A DNA stretch of 64,000 nucleotides from positions 10,974,001-11,038,000 of the forward strand of contig NC_043008.1 of assembly GCF_006345805.1 (NCBI RefSeq). The letters run 5' to 3'. Position 1 is the stretch's first letter; each line of letters opens with the position of its first letter. Below are positions 25,441 to 38,297 of the stretch, one piece after another. The notes under the pieces are model-generated. The model was not told where the DNA came from. It saw nothing but the letters and a program-made list of their open reading frames with translations, and made no database searches. Made by a program: the position numbers and the translations under genes. Origin of the DNA: Octopus sinensis (Eukaryota).

Positions 25441-25865
25441 ATATACGTATGTGTGTATGAGTTTGTGAGCGTTTAGTGTGTGTATCAGTCTCTAAACATG
25501 CACACAAATACACACGCAACACACTCGCTCACACAACACATAAGCACACACACATATGTATATAGACATAAACATACTCATACTTGTATGGGTGTATGTG
25601 TTTGAATGCATATATACACATGCATGTGCATTGTGCATTGTGAAGTAGGTATGTATATAGCTGAGAATGTAATTACTGCATGTATGTGTATATGTATACG
25701 CCTGCGCACACATACACTTTGTATGTGTGTGTGTATGTGTGTGTGTGTGTGTGCGTATGAGGCGCGATATTGAAATTACGGCCAAGTTGAAACACAGGTG
25801 AATTTCCGTATACAACTGTGATTTGATAGAGAAGGTTATAGTTTGGTGTTATCAAACTGTCCTTT

Positions 25866-26175
25866 TGATGGGATTCTTATGGTTTCTCCGTATGTATAAG
25901 ATTTCAAACAGAAGGTGGAAGCGATTGAAAAGGTCTGACAGCAGGTCTCTACGAAGTGATGTTGCAACTACGTAGCTTTATGAAAGCTGGATTGTTCCAC
26001 ATTATCACAAACCCCGGGCTAATTGGAACGGGTGGAAAAGGGTTCCAAGTAGCGAAATGCTCGATGCCTTTCTGATATTGCTCGTAAATCATTGCCAAGA
26101 CTATTGACAGGGATGAAATGGGGTGTTGTACAAGCTATTGAAATTGCAGAGACCGCATTGGAAATGAGGACTTCA
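25866..26175 (+). mobile_element. Degraded Hero-like (RLE-clade) non-LTR retrotransposon fragment
   Basis: Frameshifted translation gives ILWFLRMYKIS, KVEAIEK, FQVAKC and TGMKWGVVQAIEIAETAL. These are collinear with the recalled Hero-type motifs ILWPLLVYEV, TVEAMER, EEFKVAKCR and TGRKWxAxxAVxxAExxL. Confidence 0.6.
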
Positions 26176-26834
26176 AGGTTCAGTCCGTACTGTAGCGGAG
26201 TGCTTTGTGTGCCTCAGTGCACACTGAAAGCTATGCAGAAGTTCCTGGTCGAAGCACTCATACTGGGAAGGTCAAACGATTGAGAGTACACTAATAAAGA
26301 TCACATCTTTGTAGAGCAAAATTGGGGTTTGCACAGGGTCAACAACCCCACCTGGAACAGAAGCAACGTTCAAGAAGCACCAACAGCAATTCAAAAAGCG
26401 GCAACACCTAGGGGAAGAAAGGCAGCTTTGAGTCGAGAACAGTAGGGAAGAGTCATCGATGACATATGATGCAACACTGAAGGGATTGATTAAGTATACC
26501 GGAAAGGAAGGGCGTGATAGATGTTGTGCAGAACACAGGTAGCATATGGATGGATATAGAATAAAGGATATTCTATCAGGTTAATAATGGAAAACGAGAT
26601 ATGGTGGGCACTCATTTCTGACACTCTGAGGAAGTGGCACGTTCCACTTAGGTGATACTAATGAAAAACAAAATGCGAATGGTCAGCATTAGAGACAACT
26701 GTAATAATAAATCTAACGTTCAACACTTTTTGCAAAATGGAACCAAAATCTGAGAGCCTTGTATTATGTGACTCCCTTTCGGGTCAGTAGTAGAGGTGGG
26801 GTTGGCGTGATACAGCTCAATGTTAACGAATCCT

Positions 26835-27158
26835 TGAACGTGTTCAGGATGGAATCAAATCCTCTTTTGTGGAGTATTCCTAGCGATGTAGCCAAGACCT
26901 GAGTATTCTTATTGATACAATATACCAAACATGCAGCTGAGGCAATGATGTCCGAACTTATGTTGTTTTGTATTGTTTTTATTCTCACTTTCTCTCTGTG
27001 AAAGTGAGAAAAAAAAACAATACAAAACAACATAAGTTCGGACATCATTGCCTCAGCTGCATGTTTGGTATATTGTATCAATAAGAATACTCAGGTCTTG
27101 GCTACATCGCTAGGAATACTCTACGAGAGAGGATTTGATTCCATCCTGACTACGTTCA
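26835..27158. repeat. 324-bp near-perfect inverted repeat (fold-back; ~158-bp arms, 7-nt loop)
   Basis: The left arm TGAACGTGTTCAGGATGGAATC…CTCACTTTC is the reverse complement of GAAAGTGAG…GATTCCATCCTGACTACGTTCA, with only a handful of differences. The loop is TCTCTGT at 26993-26999. Confidence 0.95.
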
Positions 27159-27319
27159 TATGTGTGTGTGCATATATATATATGCATTTATAGAGAGAGA
27201 TACATAGGTAGACATGTATATGTTTATCTATTTATGTACGTATGTATCAATTTATCTATATATCTATATATCTATATACATACGTAGACAGATATACATT
27301 TACACATATATATGTATAC

Positions 27320-27375
<56 letters not shown>

Positions 27376-27389
27376 GCATATATATATGC

Positions 27390-27454
<65 letters not shown>

Positions 27455-27959
27455 TATATATATGTATAATTTATATGTAAACCCGTTTGTGTATTATAGT
27501 AGATTTTCCGCATATCTATAATTGTTTATGTCAATATTCTACTCTTTTATCTTCAATTCCTTCAATAATTTTGACACATAAGTTGGCAAATTTTAAAAAA
27601 TATACGAATGGATCCCATTTAGAATGGTCTTCCACGTTTCCCCGGTGTTCGCCTTGCTTGAAGTATCGATAATATTCTCATTTGTGTGCCAGCCTAAATA
27701 CATCTGCATTTCATGAAGGGCAAAATAATTAAGAGCGAAATTGCTACTCTTTGCAGTATTTTAACACCATTGTTCCATTTGTTAATCGATTAACTATTAA
27801 ACAAAAAATATTTTATTTCGAGATGAAAGGAATAAATGAATAAATGATTAATAGAGAACGGATTACCATAATTCTGGTGATTAGCCTCATTACATATATT
27901 GGTGATCAAATATATTGCAACTACTACCCCTATATTTTCATCATATTTTCTATCCAGGA

Positions 27960-28198
27960 TTTTATATCCCAACAACGTGGATCCAGGTTCAGTCGAACTG
28001 CGTAGCACCTTGGGCAAGTGTCTTCCACAAGATTTGTGAGTGGAATTGGTAGATGGAATGTTAGAGTAGCCTGTCGTGTACATATATATGTATGTGTATA
28101 TATATATATATACAAATATTAAAATTACTAAGTCTCTATAAAAGAGATTAATATGGCGATAACAATTAATTATATATATATATGTATATATAAATATA

Positions 28199-28241
<43 letters not shown>

Positions 28242-28630
28242 TGTAATTGTGGGGAGTTATCAATCCCTCAATTGAGCAATATACTAATTGAGTAAACCTC
28301 TTAGTAATGTACCTATAATGACTACTGGAAACAGTTGTAAGCCAAATTTGCTCCAGTAGGCCTGCAGTCATGCTGGGGCACCGCCATGAATAATTTTAGT
28401 TGAAGGAATCGACCACAGTAAATATTCTACACACGAACACACACACACATACACACTTATTCTATTCACACACACGTACGTACACACACACACATATTTA
28501 TGTATATGTCTGTGTTTGTCCTTTGATAACCCGTGTTATTGTGTTTAGCAGTTCGGCAAGAATGACCAATAGATTAAATTCAATTCGTTCGATTAAAATT
28601 GTTCAAGGCGGTGCCCCCAAAACAGCTGAG
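27960..28630 (+). mobile_element. Fragmented old family C SINE (head ~27960-28080, 3' part ~28505-28630) with an inverted tail fragment at ~28350-28410
   Basis: Contains CACCTTGGGCAAGTGTCTTC (CORE-like) and AAGGCGGTGCCCC. Confidence 0.6.
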
Positions 28631-30182
28631 GCCATGCAAGGATTTGTACGAGAAGGATTTGTAGAAGTAGGGCAAATATTTAACATTAACGTTTTCCATT
28701 TGTCTTTCGTTTAATCTGTGGTCACTGGGTATATCCCACTTTCGATTCCAATTTACCAAAACCACCAATCAGTTTCACATTCAGCAAATCCCGATAAGTT
28801 GCATTATAAATTTCTGCAATGAAAACTAAAACTCATTTTCGATTCTTGTTATTTAAAAATTTTAGAGTTTGATACCTTAGTCGATTATTTTTATTATTTT
28901 ATATATTGGATTTGAAAGCACAAAATTCAACAACCATTTTGACAATGACAATGGTAACCCACAAATATACTCCATTTTAGAAGAGGAAGGAATGAAGAAT
29001 CGTACCGATCATGTTATTACAGAACACATTCAGCTATCGAAAGGAGTCCACATGGGAAACGAAACCACAGACCGTATCCGTCAACACAGTAGAAAATTCC
29101 CGTTTACTTACTCGTACATGGTTGTAAAATAAAACTTTCCATTACTGGAATTAAGTTTCGAAAAAAACGAAAAAAGAAAACTTGAGAAGCCATTGATGTT
29201 TTGTTTCGCATGAAAAGTAAATAAAAATTCGTTCATTCCTGTTTCGTATCTTAAATCAATTGTTGTTCAGCATGCTAGAATAATCATTGTCACGTGCTTT
29301 AAATCTCACCGAACTATAATGCTTTAACCAGCAGAACGTATTCCTGTTGAGCTGTTCGACAGGATAATTACAGATTAAAGATATACGCTCGTCATTATAA
29401 CATGTGCCGGTTATACGGATGACTGAGATTTAAAAAAAAAAAACCCAGAAATTATAGTGGCAAACAGCAATAGAGTCGAAGGAACAGAAATAACTGTATA
29501 TAATACTTTCAGCATTATAAAGGTGACCTTGAGCAACACGTCCACTCGTTTAGAGTCGTTTATAAAAATCCTTATACCGGAAATTGAACTAAATTATCCT
29601 TGTTTTTGCTGAACAGCGTTACACACTGAGATATATTCACTGATACAGTTAAAACATCAAAACGCACAGAATTACAAAGAATATTACACAATCACACGAA
29701 ATGAGAGCTACACACAGACACAGACACAAGTTTTCTCTCTCTCACTCGCTTTTTACATTAGAGTTGATGTTATTCTGAGATTTTTTATCGGTTCGAAACA
29801 ATGAAAAATCCAATATCGAAGTCGTATTTTCTTTCGAATATTTCTAAATTGGAAATCAAATCCTTGTAGGTAGATAAAGGTAAAAACAACCAATATTACT
29901 GGTTTTTCATAACAGGCATAATTTAAAGCAATATTTTCGTAACTACTTTCGTACATGATAGCTTGACTACAGATAACTTAGATTATTTCAACGTGTATTT
30001 GAAGTTTACATTAATTATAGTCACTTGAAAAAGTTGTTTTGAGAAGATTATAGAATAACGCTTATGAGTTTATTACTATTAAACTGGAATTTTTGTCGCA
30101 CATGTCTAGCTTTATTAATATATTCTGGTTTGGTGAATTTTGGTTTCCATGGTGACCAATGACAGTAGTTAGGATAAAAAGG

Positions 30183-30500
30183 TGGGTGACACCCTTCGGT
30201 CATTAATGACCATGGGATTGCACCTAGAAAGTTACCCTCCGATGCACAAGTCTGGGCAAGGTTGTTTATGGAAGACCAACAGTCGCTCATGCATACCGGC
30301 CTCCCCTCTCCACGCCATCGATGTTAGCCAAAGGAAAGGCAAAGGCTGATACAGCTTGGCACCAGTGACGTCGCAACACATATCTACAGCTGAGTGACCA
30401 GGAGCAACGTGAAATAAAGTGTCTTGCTCAAGAACACAACACAGCCTGTTCCAAGAATCGAACTCGCAACCTCACGATCGTACGTTCGACGCTCTAACCA
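30183..30500 (-). mobile_element. tRNA-derived CORE-type SINE, family E
   Basis: Homologous to 57667-58015. The reverse complement contains GTGTTCTTGAGCAAGACACTTTATTTCAC. Confidence 0.88.
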
Positions 30501-31536
30501 TGCGTGTAAAATATATTGACATTTTAAAAAATTGTAAAAAATATTGATTTCGCATTGAGTAATCATATAGGAGCGATGGAAAAATCTGTGAGTATGGTTC
30601 TCCGTAAAATGAAAGGTAAATGGTGACAGCAAAAAGCAAAGGACGCATAAGATACAATAGAATGTAAACATACAAAAACCTTCAGGCCCGAAATGAATGT
30701 CTATTGCTTCAATAAAATTTGTTGACGGCTAAAGGGTCTTTACTGATATCACTCCCACAAAAAAGCAATGAGTACATTACTATTCTGATCTCCTCAGTGG
30801 TTAATCAAATGTAAATATGAGAACAATTAAGGAAATGGTAGACCTTCTGTCACCAAAGAAATATTTGATGAGCCAACACAAAGTGATATTGCAACAGTTG
30901 TAAAAGTCTCAATGTTAATAATGACATCAGCTCATAAAGTTTGAAGTTTGGTGGGGAAAGGATGACCGAACTACTTCCTTCCTTACTTGTATACAACTGG
31001 AGTAAAAAGGAGATTCCTCAAACCTGGGTTTCCCCACATAAATCTGGTCCCAGGGACTTAGATAGAATATCTTTGCTGTCACTCCGCGTGTGTGTATGTG
31101 TATTTGTGCGCCCGAGTGTGTGAATGTTCGTCTAAGCAGACATACACACTCATATAAGTACGGCTGCATACACACAGATATATGGGCATATACATGTACA
31201 TATATACATATATACCCCCCCACATCTACTCCCCTTTCCTACTTCTCCCAACCACACGACCGATTTCTTGTCCACCACGCGGTCGATTTCCTGTTCATCA
31301 TGCGCTATTTTCCAACTAAACATCCAGTAGCAAACATCGACTCTCTTCAATCAAGCTCTCATTCAGATCCCAATGGTCGATAACTAGTCACTCACCTGAA
31401 ACTCAGCGAACCAAGGAGTTTGAATCAAACAGCTCTAATTCAGGCATGTAACTCCCAGTAAATGTTTTGAGTGCCCTTCTTTCGTTTGTCTATTCGCTCG
31501 TATATACATACATACATACATACACACACACGCACA

Positions 31537-31637
<101 letters not shown>

Positions 31638-32574
31638 GCAACCACATGTGTGATTATATTCTGATGCCGCTTCGGGAATCAACGTACTCCTCATATCTAA
31701 ATTCTGAAATTTTCAAATAAAACTGATACAATTACCAGGCAATGTTTATCGTATGTAGATTCTAATACTATATAAATATATATATTTCATTAAGTGTCAT
31801 GAAAATAATTAGCAAAAAACAGAAAAAATGTTGATACACTTTATGTATCGTATCAGATGTTCTGCTTGTATTCTTTCGTCCTTTGAACTATTTATTATGA
31901 AAAACTGCATAGTGCTTAAATGAACCAAACTTTATACATCCTACATTAACCAAATACTTGTTATTGTTAATAGCAACGTATAAAAAATAATTAAAATCAC
32001 GTTTCCCAGATACACAACACGTGTTCATTCTTAGAAGTATTGGAAGTCATTATTGATATAATCCAAATATTTTGTGTTCTTTACTATTTCTTAGCTGAAA
32101 GAGAAAAACGTTTAAAATTATTGGTTACTTCAAGTGCATTATATTTCACTCATGTTATCATTTTAAGTATATAAATTGTGGTGATAAAGTTTTCTTTGTT
32201 TTATTGTATATATATATATATATATCATCTAATAACTTTAAACGTTTTAAGAGATAAGACTTTGTGAATATGTAATTATATTTACGTAGTTATTCAAACA
32301 TTTTTCAAATTTCAATTGATTTCTCACTGATACCATTTTCTCAGTAAAAATCTAAAAATTTCTTTTGTTATAAATTATTTCGTAGAAAATGCTATTGCAC
32401 AAAAATATTAATTCTATTGAAACCTTCAATATTTCAGCACTGCTAAGACATTAAATTTGAACCATAAATATATGTTTTTTTTTAAAGTATTACTTCTGAC
32501 AGAAATAGTAACATAACCATCCCCAAATAAAACCCTACAATCTCATAAAGAACACGTTAGGAAGCGATGTTGAG

Positions 32575-32766
32575 TAAGACGGCGAGCTGGCAGAAACGTT
32601 AGCACGCCGGGCGAAATGCGTAGCCGTATTTCGTCTGCCGTTACGTTCTGAGTTCAAATTCCGCCGAGATCCACTTGCTTTTCATTCGGGCTTCGATAAG
32701 ATAAGTACCAGTTGTATACCGCTGTTGTTGGGATCCACTTAAACACTTTCCCGGAGTTGCTGGTCG
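32575..32766 (+). mobile_element. Chimeric SINE: young family A head + divergent 3' part, 16-bp TSD
   Basis: TSD AGGAAGCGATGTTGAG at 32559-32574 and 32767-32782. Matches the family A consensus to CCGCCGAG, then diverges and lacks the normal tail. Confidence 0.8.
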
Positions 32767-33187
32767 AGGAAGCGATGTTGAGAGTTCCGTACAAGATGCC
32801 ACGGCCGGTGTGCATTTAAACATTAATCTGTGAAATCAGGGTTGGCCTGGGTTAACGAAGCACAACGATATTAATTATAATAAAGGTAAATGAATGATTT
32901 AAGATTAATTATTTCGATAGATAAAAGTGCCAAATTAGAATATATATGCACACACGCACACACACACGCACACACACACACACACACACACATACACACA
33001 CATACACACATAAATTTGTTGTTATATATTTTTATCTAAAAATGAGTCATGTTTCAACCTCAAAATATATTCGCTCAATACATTTACGTTAAAAAAAATG
33101 CATACAAGATAACTGCTTGTTAGCATACTAATTGTTTCGAAAACCAGATTCATAGTCCCTATAAACGCGTCTCGTCTCCTTCTTCAG

Positions 33188-33242
33188 AACGCTATGTTTT
33201 GCTCAATAAAAACGCGACTGCAGCTTGAAGTTCGAAGAGCAG
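33188..33242 (+). CDS. Candidate coding exon 1 of a speculative small gene (NAMFCSIKTRLQLEVRRA)
   Basis: Acceptor CGTCTCCTTCTTCAG and donor CAG|GTAACA. 55 nt with one open frame, ending in phase 1. No homology recognised. Confidence 0.2.
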
Positions 33243-33484
33243 GTAACATTGTGAGATAACACGAGGGAAAAAAATTCCCCGCATAGCTTAAACGAGAGTT
33301 GTGTGGTCTTACAGATTCCTGTATTTGTAAGGGAATATTTTATAGTATATATGATACAGTGCAATACAATGCAAATGTCACATAATATGATAGAATATAC
33401 TATATTACATATATGCCTGAATATATGTATATATGTGTGTGTATATAGGTATACACACACACACATATATATATATATGTGAAT

Positions 33485-33553
<69 letters not shown>

Positions 33554-33599
33554 CATACATAAGTATGCGCATATGTATATATATATATATATATATGTG

Positions 33600-33948
33600 T
33601 GTTGGTACACATTCGCTTACTGCTGCCTGCATAAATCACTTGTATTGAGATTAGCAATTCGCTAAATCCATATTTTTCTATGGTGTACACATATATGCTC
33701 TGAGAGTGATCGGGCTGATCTCACTGAAGAGGCTACGGCGAAAGCCGAAAATGATCGATCAGTCTGGGAATATCTCGACCGCAACTTTTCGGGCGATTAC
33801 GATCCCTGTCGGTATGTATGCATACAATTATGTGCAACATCAGAACATATTTCTATGAATGTAGAATTTTATAACACTGTTAGTCTTATTTAATGGCGAT
33901 TATAGTTCTCCTTGTTGGTACACATTTGCTTACTGCTGCCTAAAAAAA
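33600..33948 (+). mobile_element. 313-bp hammerhead-containing retroelement unit with 28-bp terminal redundancy (retrozyme- or Penelope-LTR-like)
   Basis: GTTGGTACACATT(C/T)GCTTACTGCTGCCT occurs at 33601-33628 and 33914-33941, followed by A7 and (TATC)n. A hammerhead lies inside the unit. Confidence 0.6.
33719..33769 (+). ncRNA. Type I hammerhead ribozyme motif (predicted cleavage after C33764, GUC)
   Basis: Stem I UCUCA/UGGGA; core CUGAAGA (33724-30); stem II GGCU-acggcgaa-AGCC; GAAA (33747-50). Stem III contains the palindrome UGAUCGAUCA and ends in GUC. One defect: 15.2-16.2 is A.G instead of C-G. Confidence 0.75.
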
Positions 33949-34075
<127 letters not shown>

Positions 34076-34106
34076 CTCTGTATATATACACACACATATA
34101 TATATT

Positions 34107-34277
34107 TAGGGAGAGTTTACGAAAAAACAAAAGACGAAGACAGGTGGTGTACAAAACAGAAGTATTAGTATAACGCTCAGGAATAGAAAAATTATTTTAC
34201 GTTTCGAGTCTACGCTCTTCTACAGAAAGGGACACAGAAAAAACAAGGAGAGAAAAAAAACGTGTGTAATGGCTAAC
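34107..34277 (-). mobile_element. Short microsatellite-embedded element (family D) with hammerhead-variant fold, probably Penelope-related
   Basis: Homologous to 55031-55240 and 55621-55805. Minus strand reads TTT-CTGTAGA-A-GAGC-GTAG-ACTC-GAAAC-GTA-AAA. Confidence 0.65.
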
Positions 34278-34283
34278 TACATA

Positions 34284-34374
<91 letters not shown>

Positions 34375-34557
34375 ATATATATATATATATACACACGCAT
34401 ATATATGTATATATACATACATATACATATATATTCATTTCATTTCATCTAGTTTCAGCTCACGAGCTGCGGCCATACTGGGGCACCGTCATTTAGTGTA
34501 TATATATATATATATATATAAATATAAATACATATAGATATATATAGATATATATTT

Positions 34558-34610
<53 letters not shown>

Positions 34611-35092
34611 TTTCTCTATGTCATAGACTTAGAGAATTATATCTGAAGCTATCAAACAACTGGAGATTTTTCTGCATGTTGAAGCAATTTTAACTTCACA
34701 GTAACAACGTCGGCTAAATTTTTTTTAGTAACTAGTACATATGTACCGTGCCTATGTATACCACTTCTACACCTAGAGGTGAACAGAGCAGAAGTAGTAT
34801 TATATTAAAGTAGCCATGATACTATATGCTATTCATTGGAAATGCAAGTCAAAGCAAATATGTTAGAAACGAAAAGGGAGAGAGGAAAAAAAAAGTTAAA
34901 TAAACTGCAGAGTAAGACTGACGTGTGCTACTAGCTGATTTTATCTGAAATTGGATAAATGTTACTGCAAAATAAATAAATACTGGAAACAGATAAAATC
35001 GTTATATAAATAAATAAATAAATAAAACTAGTGACAGTTTGAAAAGCAGCTTTAATTTTGCTGGTATTAACTTTAATAAAAACAAAAAAAAA

Positions 35093-35204
35093 ATAATACA
35101 AAACGAGAGATACAACGACGACGACGACGACCGCTTCTGTAAATAATAATGATAATAATGATAATAATAATAATAATAGTAATAATAATAGTAATAATAA
35201 TAGT

Positions 35205-35244
<40 letters not shown>

Positions 35245-35340
35245 GTAATAATAATAGTAATAGTAATAATAATAGTAATAATAGTAATAATAATAATAAT
35301 AGTAATAATAATAGTATTAATAATAATAATAATAGTAATG

Positions 35341-35371
<31 letters not shown>

Positions 35372-35429
35372 TAGTAATAATATAGTAATAATAATATTAG
35401 TAAAAATAGTAATGTTAATAATAGTATTA

Positions 35430-35468
<39 letters not shown>

Positions 35469-36051
35469 GTAATGATAATAATAGTATAATAATAATAATA
35501 ATGATAATAATAATAATAATAAATAATAATAATAATAATAACAATAATAAAAATAATAATGATAATAATAATATCAGCAACAACAATGGCGACGATGTCG
35601 ATGATGATGATGATAACAATAATAATAATAATCATTATAAAGTATTAGAGAAAGATGAAATAAAAACAAGGAAAGAAGTAATGGAAGAAGAAAGAATTCA
35701 GTTAGAAGAAAAAAAAAATAATACAAAACGAGAGATACAACGACGACGACGACGACCGCTTCTGTAAATAATAATGATAATAATGATAATAATAATAATA
35801 ATAGTAATAATAATAGTAATAGTAATAATAATAATAAATAATAATAATAATAATAATAATATAATAATAGTAATAATATAGTAATAATAATAATAATAGT
35901 AATAATAGTAATAATAATAATAATAGTAATAATAATAGTATTAATAATAATAATAATAGTAATGATAATAATAATAATAATAATAATAATGATAGTAATA
36001 ATAATAGTAATAATAATATTAGTAAAAATAGTAATGTTAATAATAGTATTA

Positions 36052-36090
<39 letters not shown>

Positions 36091-36126
36091 GTAATGATAA
36101 TAATAGTATTAATAATAATAATAATG

Positions 36127-36166
<40 letters not shown>

Positions 36167-36340
36167 TAATAAAAATAATAATGATAATAATAATATCAGC
36201 AACAACAATGGCGACGATGTCGATGATGATGATGATAACAATAATAATAATAATCATTATAAAGTATTAGAGAAAGATGAAATAAAAACAAGGAAAGAAG
36301 TAATGGAAGAAGAAAGAATTCAGTTAGAAGAAAAAAAAAA
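35093..36340. repeat. Tandem duplication of a ~623-bp unit built on an (AAT)n/(AGTAAT)n array
   Basis: ATAATACAAAACGAGAGATACAACGACG occurs at 35093 and 35718; CAGTTAGAAG occurs at 35699 and 36321. The non-repetitive parts appear identical. Confidence 0.92.
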
Positions 36341-36527
36341 TAATAATACTAATAATATATTATATAATGAGCGGCTTCGTATTCTTCTTTCGTACAACGT
36401 ACAAGAAATTGATTTCATCAATACCCAGATCGGTTTATAGAAATCGATATATCGAAGAAGGACCCCGATATTATTTAGACGATGCTGTCAGAGAAAACTA
36501 CGGATGAAAAATATTTCGTCAGATCTT

Positions 36528-36593
<66 letters not shown>

Positions 36594-37438
36594 TATGTGT
36601 ATAGATGTATAGATGTATGTATGCACCTGCATTATCGAATACTTTCTTACTAGTTGGCTGTAGTACGTACATGCAAGCGAACATGACATACAAAAATACG
36701 GTCTTATATACTAATATAGTTACTGTCACAGAAATTTATATCTTAACATGCAAAGAGAAATATATACGCATCTCTCTCTCACTTTATCTATACACATACA
36801 TATATATATATATATATATGTATGTATATGCATATATGTATATATATTTACCTATAAATATGTATATATATATACATATACGTGTTGTAGGTGTGTGTAC
36901 ATTACACAAATGTGTCCGTGTATATAGAAACTCGCACATACAGGCGCATATATTCTCCTGTATTTTACCTACATACATATAACTAAACGCACATCGCAAC
37001 ATAGAATAAGAAAGAAGAACGAACTTTGATTGATTGATTGTGAAATCGATTATCGATTGATTGATTTAAAGGAACGCAGCAAGTTAACTTAACTGAGTAA
37101 GTGAACAAGTAAGTTAGAGAATTAGAGAATGTGATTGTGCGAGAAAGACTGTGATTAAGAGAATCGGTGTGGTGTGTGTGTGTGCGTATAGACGAAATGA
37201 GATTAACTTTTGACAGTGAAACAATATGACAGCCGCTGTATCTCAGAAGAAAACAAATTGAACGTCGATTTTCCTATGGAAGAACAGTTACTGAAATAAT
37301 CATTGAAAATCCAATACAACTATAAGAAGAAAAGAAAAATAAATCTGACAAAACTATTTAACAAATACAAACTGCGCAACGTTAGAAAAAAACCTAAAGA
37401 ACACATCACCTGCACTGGGAGCCAAATAAAAAAGGGGG

Positions 37439-37536
<98 letters not shown>

Positions 37537-37626
37537 ATATATATATATATATGACGAAACAATCGAAAAAGTAGTATCTGTAATATCCAGGAAATATAAC
37601 AAGATATGTATGTATGCATATATATG

Positions 37627-37720
<94 letters not shown>

Positions 37721-37871
37721 CGTTTGTGTGTGTGTATGTGTAGACGTATCTATTTCTATATTTTGCGTGACTTCGTTTGAGATTGACACATTGAAAATTT
37801 AATAAAGTTAAAATGAAAAATCAACAGCAGGGAAGACAATATTGTAATATACACATACATATATACATACA

Positions 37872-37915
<44 letters not shown>

Positions 37916-38297
37916 CACAAAGACACACACACATACCCTCATTGTATATTTATACGTATATATTATCTAGATAAACTCATATATATATATATATATATAT
38001 TTATATGCAATTATACGTACGTATATATATACACATATATGTTTATGTCTACACACATAAGTATATATGCATACGTATCTTTAATAGTGAACAGATACAA
38101 ACACAGACAACCACACACAAACGTGCGTGTGCATAGCTATGTAATACAGACAATGTAGTGTATTGCCAAATAGAATTAAACTTGTTAACATATTTCCACA
38201 AAGACAGAGTTATAGAAGTTGGAAGTAACTAAGGAAAACGGAAAGAAAACAAAACATAAGTTTACGATTCTATATTTCAATATTTCGGGCAAAATAA

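Noticed and set aside
26764-27081. 105-aa minus-strand ORF
   Set aside because: It lies across the palindrome, reads the same sequence on both arms, and has no recognisable protein features.
33155-33190. Minus-strand CTGAAGAAGGAGACGAGACGCGT hammerhead-like string
   Set aside because: GAAA is altered to GAGA, stem II is minimal and stem I does not pair. It is better explained as a + strand polypyrimidine tract.
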